Position numbers and translations under genes: made by a program | The notes under the pieces: model-generated | Databases searched by the model: none | What the model was told of the DNA's origin: nothing | What the model saw: only the letters and a program-made list of their open reading frames with translations | Shown here: positions 10,167 to 18,633 of the stretch, one piece after another | Numbering within the stretch: position 1 is the first letter of the stretch | Layout: each line of letters starts with the position of its first letter | IMG/VR virus record: IMGVR_UViG_3300037467_001783 | Span: 1-37,535 of that record | Direction: 5' to 3' (one strand) | DNA: 37,535 bases | Source of the DNA: a virus | Taxonomy: Duplodnaviria; Caudoviricetes

Positions 10167-10184
10167 AACAGGAGTGATTACAAC

Positions 10185-10511
10185 ATGAAAGACTATCGAG
10201 ATCTAGGTATTGAAACTTATGGTGACAAGTGTGAGATTTGTGGGCACTCAATGGTTGAGGTTCATCATATCTCTTATCAAGAACAATGGGCATTAGAAAT
10301 TGAACTTCGAAAAGCCGTAAAAGCCAAGAAAGATATTTCTAAACTTTTAGAAAAAGCACAAGCACAAGGATATCTTGAATGGGATGGCAATCAATTATCC
10401 AAAGACAATCGTTCAACTAATCTCGCTGTATTGTGTGGAAACTGTCACTCACTTATCCATAGAATAGACGTAGGAATGAAATTGTTATCTGCTTTAAATA
10501 GACGAAAATAA
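10185..10511 (+). CDS. HNH-family Zn-binding endonuclease-like protein
   Basis: CEICG...EVHH...NLAVLCGNCHSLIH. Confidence 0.75.
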   Translation: MKDYRDLGIETYGDKCEICGHSMVEVHHISYQEQWALEIELRKAVKAKKDISKLLEKAQAQGYLEWDGNQLSKDNRSTNLAVLCGNCHSLIHRIDVGMKLLSALNRRK

Positions 10512-10545
10512 GAGGGTTGCCATACCCTCTCATAATTAATCTCTC

Positions 10546-10710
10546 CTATTTTTTTAAAGAGGGGGTATAAGAATGCTCCCTCGATTTTTTACTTATTTGT
10601 TTTTGGACCTTTCTAACTTCATAAATAATAAAACCTGTTTGAATTAAAGTAGCAACCCAACCAAATATATGTGAAGTAATAAATCTCCTTAACCATTTAT
10701 CTGTTAGCAT
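10546..10710 (-). CDS. Small membrane peptide (54 aa; not in ORF track)
   Basis: Translated by hand: MLTDKWLRRFITSHIFGWVATLIQTGFIIYEVRKV...; ggagg RBS. Confidence 0.55.
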   Translation of the reverse strand: MLTDKWLRRFITSHIFGWVATLIQTGFIIYEVRKVQKQISKKSREHSYTPSLKK

Positions 10711-10768
10711 TTCTAATCCTCCTTATTAAAGGAGAGAGGAAAATTCCCCTCCCCATTCTCCATTAACC

Positions 10769-11101
10769 TTATTGTAACTGAACTTGTGCTGCATTTGCTG
10801 AAGGGTTAGCAGCACTCTGCAAATCTTGTACCATGTCTTGCTGATATTGATTTAAGTCCAAGTTTGAATCATTGAAACTTAAATTTGCCTCATTAGCAAG
10901 TGCCTGTTGACCTAATTCAATCAACCGTTTTGTCATAGTACCTCCGATTGCGCCATGTACACGAGCGGGTAAAGCGCCTTTATCAATTTGGTCATAGTTC
11001 GCAATTCCAAGTTCTTGTGCGATTTCAAGCTTCATTTGATTCAAAAGGTTTTCAGAACCAGGAACCACAAGCTTATTTCTATTACCGCCTCGATTTGCCA
11101 T
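10769..11101 (-). CDS. Alpha/beta-type small acid-soluble spore protein (SASP) with C-terminal extension
   Basis: NKLVVPG...LNQMKLEIAQELGI...ARVHGAIGGTMTKRLIE matches the alpha/beta SASP signature; RBS gaggag. Confidence 0.9.
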   Translation of the reverse strand: MANRGGNRNKLVVPGSENLLNQMKLEIAQELGIANYDQIDKGALPARVHGAIGGTMTKRLIELGQQALANEANLSFNDSNLDLNQYQQDMVQDLQSAANPSANAAQVQLQ

Positions 11102-11167
11102 TTACTGTCACGCTCCTCAGGTTTAATGGGTATCAATAAACAATTTTTCTGTTTGTTGATACATTAT

Positions 11168-11196
11168 TATTATTTGCATATTATCATTTAATATAC
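11168..11196 (-). promoter_or_regulatory. Putative forespore (SigG/SigF-type) promoter of the SASP gene
   Basis: GTATA-N17-AATAATA on minus strand; resembles SigG consensus GHATA-N17/18-MATAMTA. Confidence 0.45.
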
Positions 11197-11223
11197 ACGC
11201 TTCTAGAGATTTTAAAATAAACA

Positions 11224-11251
11224 AAAAAAACGACAATTAATGCCGTTTTTT
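11224..11251 (-). terminator. Intrinsic terminator separating the SASP unit from upstream genes
   Basis: Minus strand aaaacggc-attaatt-gtcgtttttttt. Confidence 0.7.
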
Positions 11252-11262
11252 CATTAAAACTT

Positions 11263-11424
11263 TTAATATTTAAAGACCTTAAGTACATTTTCTTGTGTTA
11301 AAAGATTCCCGTGTTTTACGATTACTACTTCTCTAACTGTAGGAAAATGGTAAAGATCAATCTTACCTATTCCAAGTTGGAAAAACATTTGTTGCTGAAT
11401 ATCTAAAAGTTGTTGGTCTGTCAT
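11263..11424 (-). CDS. Hypothetical protein (53 aa; not in ORF track)
   Basis: MTDQQLLDIQQQMFFQLG...; ATGA overlap with upstream gene and gagga RBS. Confidence 0.55.
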   Translation of the reverse strand: MTDQQLLDIQQQMFFQLGIGKIDLYHFPTVREVVIVKHGNLLTQENVLKVFKY

Positions 11425-11780
11425 TTCCCATCCTCCTCAAAATTTACAAATTCAATTTCTTTAACAAAATAGTTCTTTGTATATTTAAGATTTACATGAG
11501 TTCCTCTTTTCAAAACATCATAGGCATCTTCACCAAATAGTTGTAATTGAACTTGCTCATTATTCTTTTCAACAGTTACATACCACTTTTCAACACATCT
11601 TGCACAAGGTTTGTATTCTTTACTTATTACTTTAACGTTTTTAAATGTACCTACTACTTTTAACTCTTCTTTTTCTTCCTTGATTTGTTTATCAGTTTTA
11701 CTACAACCCGAAAGTAAACCAAAAGCAATTATTCCTAAGAAAATTAAACCAATTGTAAAGCCCAATTTATCAATAAACAT
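11421..11780 (-). CDS. Putative lipoprotein
   Basis: Hydrophobic signal and lipobox LLSGC; CxxC; OB-like beta pattern. Confidence 0.7.
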   Translation of the reverse strand: MFIDKLGFTIGLIFLGIIAFGLLSGCSKTDKQIKEEKEELKVVGTFKNVKVISKEYKPCARCVEKWYVTVEKNNEQVQLQLFGEDAYDVLKRGTHVNLKYTKNYFVKEIEFVNFEEDGK

Positions 11781-11789
11781 AAGATCCTC

Positions 11790-11942
11790 CTACTTTGATA
11801 TAATTGTTACTAATATTCTTCCATCATAAAGTTTTGTTTCAATTTTATTATTCCATGCTGACATAGTTTGAAGATATTCATTTACATCTTTATCTAATTT
11901 TTCTTTCGAAGTAAAATACTCACAAAATGACTTATATCTCAT
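11790..11942 (-). CDS. Hypothetical protein (50 aa; not in ORF track)
   Basis: MRYKSFCEYFTSKEKLDKD...; ggagg RBS. Confidence 0.6.
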   Translation of the reverse strand: MRYKSFCEYFTSKEKLDKDVNEYLQTMSAWNNKIETKLYDGRILVTIISK

Positions 11943-12033
11943 AATAATTCCTCCCAAAATAAAATCAACATTTCATTGTAAGTATAAATCAATATATGTA
12001 CAGTCTCACTAGGAGACCATACAATATATTGTG

Positions 12034-13221
12034 TTAGTTAGCCTTGAAGTTGTAAATTGGCTTAATTACTTCAGCAATCTCAACAGAATCAAGGATATTT
12101 ATAAGAATTTCATCAATTGGCTTATAAACTCCAGGTGCTTCATCAATCGTATTTTCATTTACTGATGAAGTCCATACACCTTTCATTTCACGCTTGAACT
12201 CATCAACTTTAATTACTTTTTTAGCAACACTTCGGCTCATAACTCGACCAGCACCATGAGGACCTGAAAAGTTCCAATCTGGGTTACCTTTACCGAAAGC
12301 AATAATTGAACCATCTTTCATATTGATAGGGATAATTACTCTTTCATCTTTTTGAGCCGAGATGGCACCTTTACGAAGGATCATATTCTCCATATCAATA
12401 TAGTTATGAATTGTAGTAAAGTGGTCGATAACTTCCCAACCCATTCTGTTAACTATTTCAGAAATCATTGCTTTACGGTTCCAAGCTGCGTACAGTTGAG
12501 CAATCTGCATATCATTCATATAATCTTTAAAACCTTGACCTTCCAACCAAGCAAGTTCCTTTTTAAATTTTGGCTTTTTAATACCTCTTAATGCTTCATG
12601 AATTTCTTTTTCACGACCTTGTTCTTTAAGTGTATCAATGATATGTTGCTGCTCATCTTTAACGCTCATAAGCTCATCATAAGCACGATTTTGGTAATGT
12701 TCTGCAACTGCTTTACCAAGATTCCGAGATCCTGAATGAATAACAATTATAACTTGACCATCTTTAGCTTCATTTAGTTCAATGAAGTGATTACCTCCAC
12801 CCAAAGTTCCGATTGATTTTTGAGCTCTATCCAAATTGAATGGACCTCTTACATTCTTAAAATCAATAAATCTTGCGTACTCATGAACAGATCCTCTGAT
12901 TGAAAACCCACTTGGAACAAACTTTCGAATAGTTTCATCAAGTTGGTCAAAGTTAATTTCACTTTTATTTTTATTGATAACTGCAACTTCCATTCCACAG
13001 CCTATATCGACTCCAACAAGATTAGGAACAATCTTATCCTGAATAGTCATAGTAGTTCCGATTGTACAACCCGCACCAGCATGAGTATCAGGCATAATCC
13101 GGATTTTTGAACCTTGAGTAAATTCTTGGTTACAGAGTTCAATAATCTGACCCATAGCAGTTTGTTCAACATTATCAGTAAAGATCTTTGCCTCATTATA
13201 CTTACCTTGTACTTGTATCAT
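12034..13221 (-). CDS. rtcB: RtcB RNA 3'-phosphate/5'-OH ligase (start revised to ATG 13221)
   Basis: MPDTHAG, VGVDIGCG, GTLGGGNHFIE, HSGSRNLG, HNY, RKGA, HGAGR, DEAPGVYK. Confidence 0.96.
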   Translation of the reverse strand: MIQVQGKYNEAKIFTDNVEQTAMGQIIELCNQEFTQGSKIRIMPDTHAGAGCTIGTTMTIQDKIVPNLVGVDIGCGMEVAVINKNKSEINFDQLDETIRKFVPSGFSIRGSVHEYARFIDFKNVRGPFNLDRAQKSIGTLGGGNHFIELNEAKDGQVIIVIHSGSRNLGKAVAEHYQNRAYDELMSVKDEQQHIIDTLKEQGREKEIHEALRGIKKPKFKKELAWLEGQGFKDYMNDMQIAQLYAAWNRKAMISEIVNRMGWEVIDHFTTIHNYIDMENMILRKGAISAQKDERVIIPINMKDGSIIAFGKGNPDWNFSGPHGAGRVMSRSVAKKVIKVDEFKREMKGVWTSSVNENTIDEAPGVYKPIDEILINILDSVEIAEVIKPIYNFKAN

Positions 13222-13222
13222 A

Positions 13223-13399
13223 TTATTTCCTCCCAAAAGTTTTTATTAGTTCTTCAAACCCTTTATTATATCTTTCCATTACAGCGTTGCCATTCAACTT
13301 GCCTTCTGATTGTAATTGTTCAGTTAATGCAACTAACATAGCACTGTTTGAAATTAATAGAGCTTCAAGTTTTTTATATTGTTTTTTACTAATCCGCAT
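13223..13399 (-). CDS. Hypothetical protein (58 aa; not in ORF track)
   Basis: MRISKKQYKKLEALLISN...; fills the gap between NTase and rtcB; ggagg RBS. Confidence 0.6.
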   Translation of the reverse strand: MRISKKQYKKLEALLISNSAMLVALTEQLQSEGKLNGNAVMERYNKGFEELIKTFGRK

Positions 13400-13400
13400 C

Positions 13401-14402
13401 TCATTTTGCCTCCCTAAAAAACTTCATCAATGGTACTTGTTCAACTGTCCATTCAGGTTTAGGAATAATACGACCTTCTTCAATATCTTTAACAAAATTC
13501 TTTACAAACTCTGGGTTGTACCACCAAATTGCAACTTGATAATTATCAATTGCGAAGTCCCTAAACCAGCCAGAACATAAAGTAGTACAGATCCTAAGTA
13601 ATGCACGTTTGTAACATTCAAAGAAGTCCTTACAATAATCACCATGTTGAGGGATTATGTATCGTTCAAGAGCAATTACATATGCTTCTTCTTGAACACA
13701 TTGAACTTGTTCTTTATAAGTTAAATTGAAGAACATATCTTTTGAGCACCAAGCCATTGAAGGATCAGGTTGCATTTTAGTATACATAGGAACATTATCG
13801 TGGGCCATTCTTTCGTGAATATGGTCATGAACAAAGTAACTTGTTGCTGCTAATTTAGAACTAAAGAAATCTTCTGTTGTAACATTTAACTTTGGAGTTC
13901 GCTGTTTGTTACGTTCTTTTGCTTCATTGAAACGAAGCTGATAATATTCTTGGATCTTACTACTGTCATTCCAATCATTGAGTCTTTCTTTTAACAATTG
14001 ATAATCTTTCATATTCTTCTCAAAATGGATCGGATATATTAAATGTGAGCGCTTTGTTGCCATCAAATATCTTGGTGTAAGAATAGATAACTCTTCTTCA
14101 AGCAAACCTTTCATTTGACCTTTACAAGCAATAGAAACATTATCAAGTAACCACTTTGATGAAGTACCTTCAAAACCAAGTTCAATTTCATATTGTACGA
14201 GCTTATTACCGAAAGCAGGTTTTACTTTTGCTTTATACTTGTTTGCGGATCTTGGAATTAATAACTGAATGAACAGCTTATTCTCAGTTTGCCACTTCAT
14301 AAATTCCTCCACCGACATGACTAAATCAAAATCGGTGGTAGGAGTAATACGGCCTCTCAAAGGCATATGATGATTTAATGCTCTTGAACCTATTACTATC
14401 AT
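13401..14402 (-). CDS. Predicted Pol-beta superfamily nucleotidyltransferase with conserved C-terminal helical domain
   Basis: N-terminal IGSRAL...DFDL (GS...DxD); C-terminal HDHIHE, EEAYVIALER, CTTLCSGWFRDFA seen in a widespread phage family. Confidence 0.65.
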   Translation of the reverse strand: MIVIGSRALNHHMPLRGRITPTTDFDLVMSVEEFMKWQTENKLFIQLLIPRSANKYKAKVKPAFGNKLVQYEIELGFEGTSSKWLLDNVSIACKGQMKGLLEEELSILTPRYLMATKRSHLIYPIHFEKNMKDYQLLKERLNDWNDSSKIQEYYQLRFNEAKERNKQRTPKLNVTTEDFFSSKLAATSYFVHDHIHERMAHDNVPMYTKMQPDPSMAWCSKDMFFNLTYKEQVQCVQEEAYVIALERYIIPQHGDYCKDFFECYKRALLRICTTLCSGWFRDFAIDNYQVAIWWYNPEFVKNFVKDIEEGRIIPKPEWTVEQVPLMKFFREAK

Positions 14403-14414
14403 TTTAATAGCCTC

Positions 14415-14735
14415 CTAATAGTTACTTTCTTCAGTATCCTCATCTTCTTCATCTTCATCTTCTTCATACTCAGAAGATTCTAGTTCTTCATAGTAGCTGC
14501 TTGATTCTTCTTCAGAATAACCGTCAGTAGAATCATAATTTTTATCAGTTATTTCCGTTGCACTTACAAGGAATGGGATTTCATTTTCTTTAGCAAATTT
14601 CTTAATTTCGAGGAGGCGACTGACAATATTATAATGGTAATCCTCGTACCAATAACAACTACGATTTTCTTTAGCCCACTCTTCAACTTTTTTAACTTCC
14701 TCAGCAACATAAGCTAACTTTTCTTCTAAGTTCAT
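14415..14735 (-). CDS. Highly acidic Ser/Tyr-rich small protein
   Basis: C-terminal GYSEEESSSYYEELESSEYEEDEDEEDED. Confidence 0.75.
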   Translation of the reverse strand: MNLEEKLAYVAEEVKKVEEWAKENRSCYWYEDYHYNIVSRLLEIKKFAKENEIPFLVSATEITDKNYDSTDGYSEEESSSYYEELESSEYEEDEDEEDEDTEESNY

Positions 14736-14861
14736 TTTAATTTCCTCCCAGTATTTTTTTCAGATGATTTTTTACGCTTTTCATAATTAGGTGGGGTCGC
14801 ATCTCTTTCAGTAAACCCCAAATTTAAAACTGAAGCATATTGAGTAAACTTACTTTTAAAC

Positions 14862-15077
14862 TTATCTTCCATGATGTTTATTCCTTTGTTTTGCGGCTGC
14901 AAATTGAAACTCTACAATACCGCTATCTTTTGTTCTTGCTATGCCCCTTACCTGAGTTTGAATATAAGGTCCATCCACCTCTTGATTCATTTCAACAATT
15001 TCATACTTTTCTTCTGAAATTGCTTCAATAAGATCGTTTTTAAATTGTTCTTCAAAAATAACTTTGTTTTTAATCAT
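14862..15077 (-). CDS. Hypothetical protein
   Basis: ORF with gaggag RBS in a tightly packed operon. Confidence 0.6.
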   Translation of the reverse strand: MIKNKVIFEEQFKNDLIEAISEEKYEIVEMNQEVDGPYIQTQVRGIARTKDSGIVEFQFAAAKQRNKHHGR

Positions 15078-15204
15078 TTAATACCCAACTCCTCATCAAG
15101 TTCAAAGAATAATTTTTCACGTTCTTCTTCTAAACTTTTAATTTGTTTATCAATTGCTTCAATTCGAAGCTTCAGAATTTCTACTGTTGTCATATTAATA
15201 CCTC

Positions 15205-15348
15205 CTACATATTATGAAGTTGAATTTGAGTGGGAATAACTACAACTGCAGTAATAACCACTGTAAAAATAAGTATACCATAGAACCAAAGAAAGTCAGA
15301 TAATGAAATTTGTTCTTCACCAAAAAAGAATTTGTTTAATTTTCTCAT
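15205..15348 (-). CDS. Small membrane protein (start revised to ATG 15348)
   Basis: ggagg RBS; single TM helix. Confidence 0.55.
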   Translation of the reverse strand: MRKLNKFFFGEEQISLSDFLWFYGILIFTVVITAVVVIPTQIQLHNM

Positions 15349-15376
15349 CTTAAAAACCCTCCATTTTCTATATTTT

Positions 15377-16237
15377 CTAGCATGCAACAAAACCTGTGCC
15401 TCTCATGATACCTGCTAAGCGTTCCTTAAATTTTCTAAAACGATTGTTAGCAGTAACTCTTGAAACTCCCCATTCAATTGCAAGATCAGCAACAGAGAAA
15501 TCTTTTTTGTTTAACATAGAAGTTAGGATCATAAGCTCATCATCTGAAAGGATTTTTTCTAAATATACAAGAAATTCACGGAACTCAAAGCTTAACATCT
15601 CACCGTCAAATTCTCCAATTTTTTCTGCAAGGCTCATATCTTGTCCATTTTTACCTTTCAGAGGTTCATCAAGTGAAGATATTCCATTGTTCTGGCGTTT
15701 TTTTGCATAATTGCCCATAGTATACTTATTAACCCCAAGCTGCAAACGATAATGAAGGTAAGTAGAAAAAGCGTGCTTTTCATCATATCTTTCATATGCT
15801 TCCCAACATTGTAAGTTTAATTCTTGAATTAAATCTTCACGTTCTGGCTTATTATAAAAGATTTTACCTAAAGTTTCATTAGCGGCACGGTTAATCATAT
15901 CTTTAAATTGATTAAGTACCTCTTCAAAATTCATAGCTTTTACTACTCCTCCTGCTAAAACAATATTCTTTCTTTGAGTGTGTTCGGCAGTCATCTTATC
16001 ATATTCGCACATAAGCTTATCATACTCTTGTTTTGGAACAAGCACCTCATAGTATCGTACTTCTAAAGCTTTTTCAGTTCTACCTAATTTTTTTGCCAAT
16101 TCTTTTAAAGCTTTATTTTTTGTTTTTCCCTCTTCTACAGATTTAGCAATATATTCAAGAACATACTCATCTTGCGTTACAGACCAACGCTCTTCGTAAT
16201 TTCCGATTTCTTTTTTAATTGTGCTCATTGTACTCAT
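15377..16237 (-). CDS. Sigma-70 family sigma factor fused to an N-terminal RsfA-like (Myb/SANT) domain
   Basis: Region 2 EDLIQE...WEAYERYD...FSTYL; region 3 SLDEPL; region 4 HTH SVADLAIEWGVSRVTANNR; N-terminal WSVTQDEYV...LGRTEKALEVRY. Confidence 0.8.
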   Translation of the reverse strand: MSTMSTIKKEIGNYEERWSVTQDEYVLEYIAKSVEEGKTKNKALKELAKKLGRTEKALEVRYYEVLVPKQEYDKLMCEYDKMTAEHTQRKNIVLAGGVVKAMNFEEVLNQFKDMINRAANETLGKIFYNKPEREDLIQELNLQCWEAYERYDEKHAFSTYLHYRLQLGVNKYTMGNYAKKRQNNGISSLDEPLKGKNGQDMSLAEKIGEFDGEMLSFEFREFLVYLEKILSDDELMILTSMLNKKDFSVADLAIEWGVSRVTANNRFRKFKERLAGIMRGTGFVAC

Positions 16238-16299
16238 AAGTATTAACCCCTCTCGATTTTAGTGTATAGGGTTACAAGAAGTAACCCTTATACAATTTT

Positions 16300-16935
16300 C
16301 TATAAAATTTTTATTTGAATTTTTCTAACGCCAAATTGCAAGCATGTATTATAATTGTTTAAGAACAAGTCAACTTCATGACCTTTAATTCCATTTCCTG
16401 TATCTTCAGCAGTATAAGTACCATTAAGGTAACTGAAGGGTTCAGGAAATTTAACTAACAATTTAGTACCTAATGGAATAAGATGTCTGTCAACTGCAAT
16501 AGTTCTTCCTTGAGTCGGAGTTGTCCCAGAAGCGGTTTTATTTCCCCATTTACCGCTTGTCCAAGGATCTCCATTATCATGAGTTGTATATGCACTTGCT
16601 TCGAATGTTACCCACGAGGGACTTTCGTCAATCTGTTTTTCTAACTGATGAATCTTCTCAGATTGACGCTTTATTTGTTCTAACTGTTTGTTAATTTTTG
16701 AAGCTTGCTTAGTATTAGTAGCTTTTAATTCTGAATTATACTTTATTAATTCATTATTTGCTTTACCAATACTCCTTACATTTTTCCTAAGACTTAAGTT
16801 TCTTTCCTGTTCTTTGTTAAGTTGCACCTCATATTTACTCTGCAACTGTTCAACTTGGCGCTCGTGTATTGAGTAAGCAGTAGTCGCTGTGGCAATACTT
16901 ACGGCAACCGCGGTTGTAACAATTAGCCTCTTCAT
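16300..16935 (-). CDS. Secreted coiled-coil 3D-domain (MltA-like) cell wall protein
   Basis: Signal peptide; coiled coil; ASAYT...TASG...IAVD...IPLGT...AEDTG...IKG..VDLF. Confidence 0.88.
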   Translation of the reverse strand: MKRLIVTTAVAVSIATATTAYSIHERQVEQLQSKYEVQLNKEQERNLSLRKNVRSIGKANNELIKYNSELKATNTKQASKINKQLEQIKRQSEKIHQLEKQIDESPSWVTFEASAYTTHDNGDPWTSGKWGNKTASGTTPTQGRTIAVDRHLIPLGTKLLVKFPEPFSYLNGTYTAEDTGNGIKGHEVDLFLNNYNTCLQFGVRKIQIKIL

Positions 16936-16945
16936 CCAATCACTC

Positions 16946-17041
16946 CTAAATAATCATTAACCAATATATGGCAAATAGTAACCCAATACTTGCAATAAAA
17001 ACAAGTATTGGTCCTATTGCAATTTTAAGAAAATCAATCAA
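16946..17041 (-). CDS. Possible 31-aa hydrophobic peptide
   Basis: TTG start; MIDFLKIAIGPILVFIASIGLLFAIYWLMII fills the gap exactly; weak RBS. Confidence 0.35.
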   Translation of the reverse strand: MIDFLKIAIGPILVFIASIGLLFAIYWLMII

Positions 17042-18365
17042 ATGACGGTTCATTTTTATCCCATCTTAAACCTACAAAATGTCCGTGACGAATCGACTTA
17101 CCACCATTCTGATTTGTTGACTCTTGGAAATATTTAACTTCAATAATCTTACCAACGAACTCATCTCGCTTAGGCCACCATTCAGCACGTTCATGTTTCT
17201 TGAAACCGCCGCCCACTCTGACTGTATTTCCATCTTTATATTCACAGATGAATCCGCCGAGATTACCAGGGTGCTTATATTCATAAGTGTCAAGCACTCT
17301 AAGATCAACTGTATAGAACTCTTTCACTTTTAAAAGTTGGTCAGTACGCTTTGTTTCATACTTGCCTTTAGCAGTATTAACCATGAGCCCCTCAAATTCT
17401 TTTGAAAGAACATCTTCAAGTAAAGGCCAAATTTCTTCTTTATCAGTACCTTCATATAAGCGTTCTACAGGTTGAATAAGTTCAGTTTCTTCAAACCTTG
17501 AAAGCACTTCACGAATTTGTTCTTGACGCTGTTCATAATTTAACTTCGATTTACCTGCCTTAAACTCAGATTTAGGAAGCATATCATAAACATAGAACAT
17601 AAGTTCGTATTTAGGACCTTGAGTTTTTAGTAACTTTCCTGTATGGCGGAAACGATCCTTTGCTTTCATATAAGCATGAGTTGAAATAAGTCCTCCATCA
17701 AAAACCATATCTTTTGGAAGTAGGCTGAAGATCTCCTCAATTTCAACTACATCTTCGAAAAGAAAACCGGATCGGGCTTTAAATTCCCATTTTTGAGTTT
17801 CTTCATTAAAGATTACTGTTGTACGGTAATCGTCCATTTTAAGGGTAACAAAGAACTTTTCGCCATCTTTAATTTTGTGTTCTTCTTTTTCCCAACGTTT
17901 GGCAAGCATAATTTCATGTACAGGGATATACTCATAACCAAGTGCTTCATTTAACGCTTTTTCTGAAGCTCCAATTTGAAGGTCGTTGGTAAAAACATTT
18001 TTAAGAAATTGATGAGTTTCTTCAGGTTGAAAAGCGATCCATGATTGTAGCTCTCTAATAATATCATCAGATCCTGTATTCTTTTCTTGGATCCAAGACA
18101 TCATTTTAGATAGCCCAACATGATAATCAAGATGAACTTTACCTAATTCCTTTTCAATCTTTTTCTTTGCAATTCCAGTTGTAATAAAAGGGTTAAAGAT
18201 AAAATTATAGGTTTCAAGAAATAATGGATTGATAGTTGTAAATTGTTTAATTAAAGGAATCTTCGTTTTCCCTTTTGCTTGTGCAACTGCTTCAAACTGA
18301 TTTTTAAGTTCAACAATTTCCACCATACTTATGCCTTTTCCTGTAAAAGCTACTCTTTGTTCCAT
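17034..18365 (-). CDS. ATP-dependent DNA ligase
   Basis: MLA, motif I KMDDYR, ARSG, FYVYD, EGLMV, YETKRT, LLKVK, VGGGF, IEVKY, RWDK. Confidence 0.88.
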   Translation of the reverse strand: MEQRVAFTGKGISMVEIVELKNQFEAVAQAKGKTKIPLIKQFTTINPLFLETYNFIFNPFITTGIAKKKIEKELGKVHLDYHVGLSKMMSWIQEKNTGSDDIIRELQSWIAFQPEETHQFLKNVFTNDLQIGASEKALNEALGYEYIPVHEIMLAKRWEKEEHKIKDGEKFFVTLKMDDYRTTVIFNEETQKWEFKARSGFLFEDVVEIEEIFSLLPKDMVFDGGLISTHAYMKAKDRFRHTGKLLKTQGPKYELMFYVYDMLPKSEFKAGKSKLNYEQRQEQIREVLSRFEETELIQPVERLYEGTDKEEIWPLLEDVLSKEFEGLMVNTAKGKYETKRTDQLLKVKEFYTVDLRVLDTYEYKHPGNLGGFICEYKDGNTVRVGGGFKKHERAEWWPKRDEFVGKIIEVKYFQESTNQNGGKSIRHGHFVGLRWDKNEPSFD

Positions 18366-18376
18366 TGTCTTGCCCC

Positions 18377-18547
18377 CTATTTGATTTTAGTATACTTTCC
18401 ATCTTTATAAGAAAGTATTTCAAGATTTTTAACTCCCAGCATACCAAAGTAAATACCGTAAGTTTCTTCAGCATGAGAAAGGCTTCCATACTCAAGTTCA
18501 TAATTTTCATTTACATCTTCATCAAAAAACTTAACTATGTATAACAC
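18377..18547 (-). CDS. Hypothetical protein (56 aa; different frame from the track ORF 18310..18510)
   Basis: GTG start with ggagg RBS; MLYIVKFFDEDVNENYELEYG... Confidence 0.55.
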   Translation of the reverse strand: MLYIVKFFDEDVNENYELEYGSLSHAEETYGIYFGMLGVKNLEILSYKDGKYTKIK

Positions 18548-18580
18548 TTTTCAACGCCTCCGTATTAATGATTATAATTA

Positions 18581-18609
18581 ATTATAACATTATTCCAGAA
18601 ATTTGTAAA
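18581..18609 (-). promoter_or_regulatory. SigA-like promoter with extended -10
   Basis: TTTACA-N17-TATAAT with TG at the extended -10 position. Confidence 0.75.
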
Positions 18610-18633
18610 CAATTATGTAGAAATTTTTAAAAT

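Noticed and set aside
10081-17333. Short overlapping track ORFs (e.g. 10081, 10948, 10988, 11611, 12352, 13114, 13188, 14840, 15045, 15396, 16688, 17072, 17124)
   Set aside because: They overlap convincing genes on the coding strand and have shadow-ORF composition
18310-18510. Track ORF of 66 aa
   Set aside because: A different frame (18377..18547) has the RBS and does not overlap the ligase
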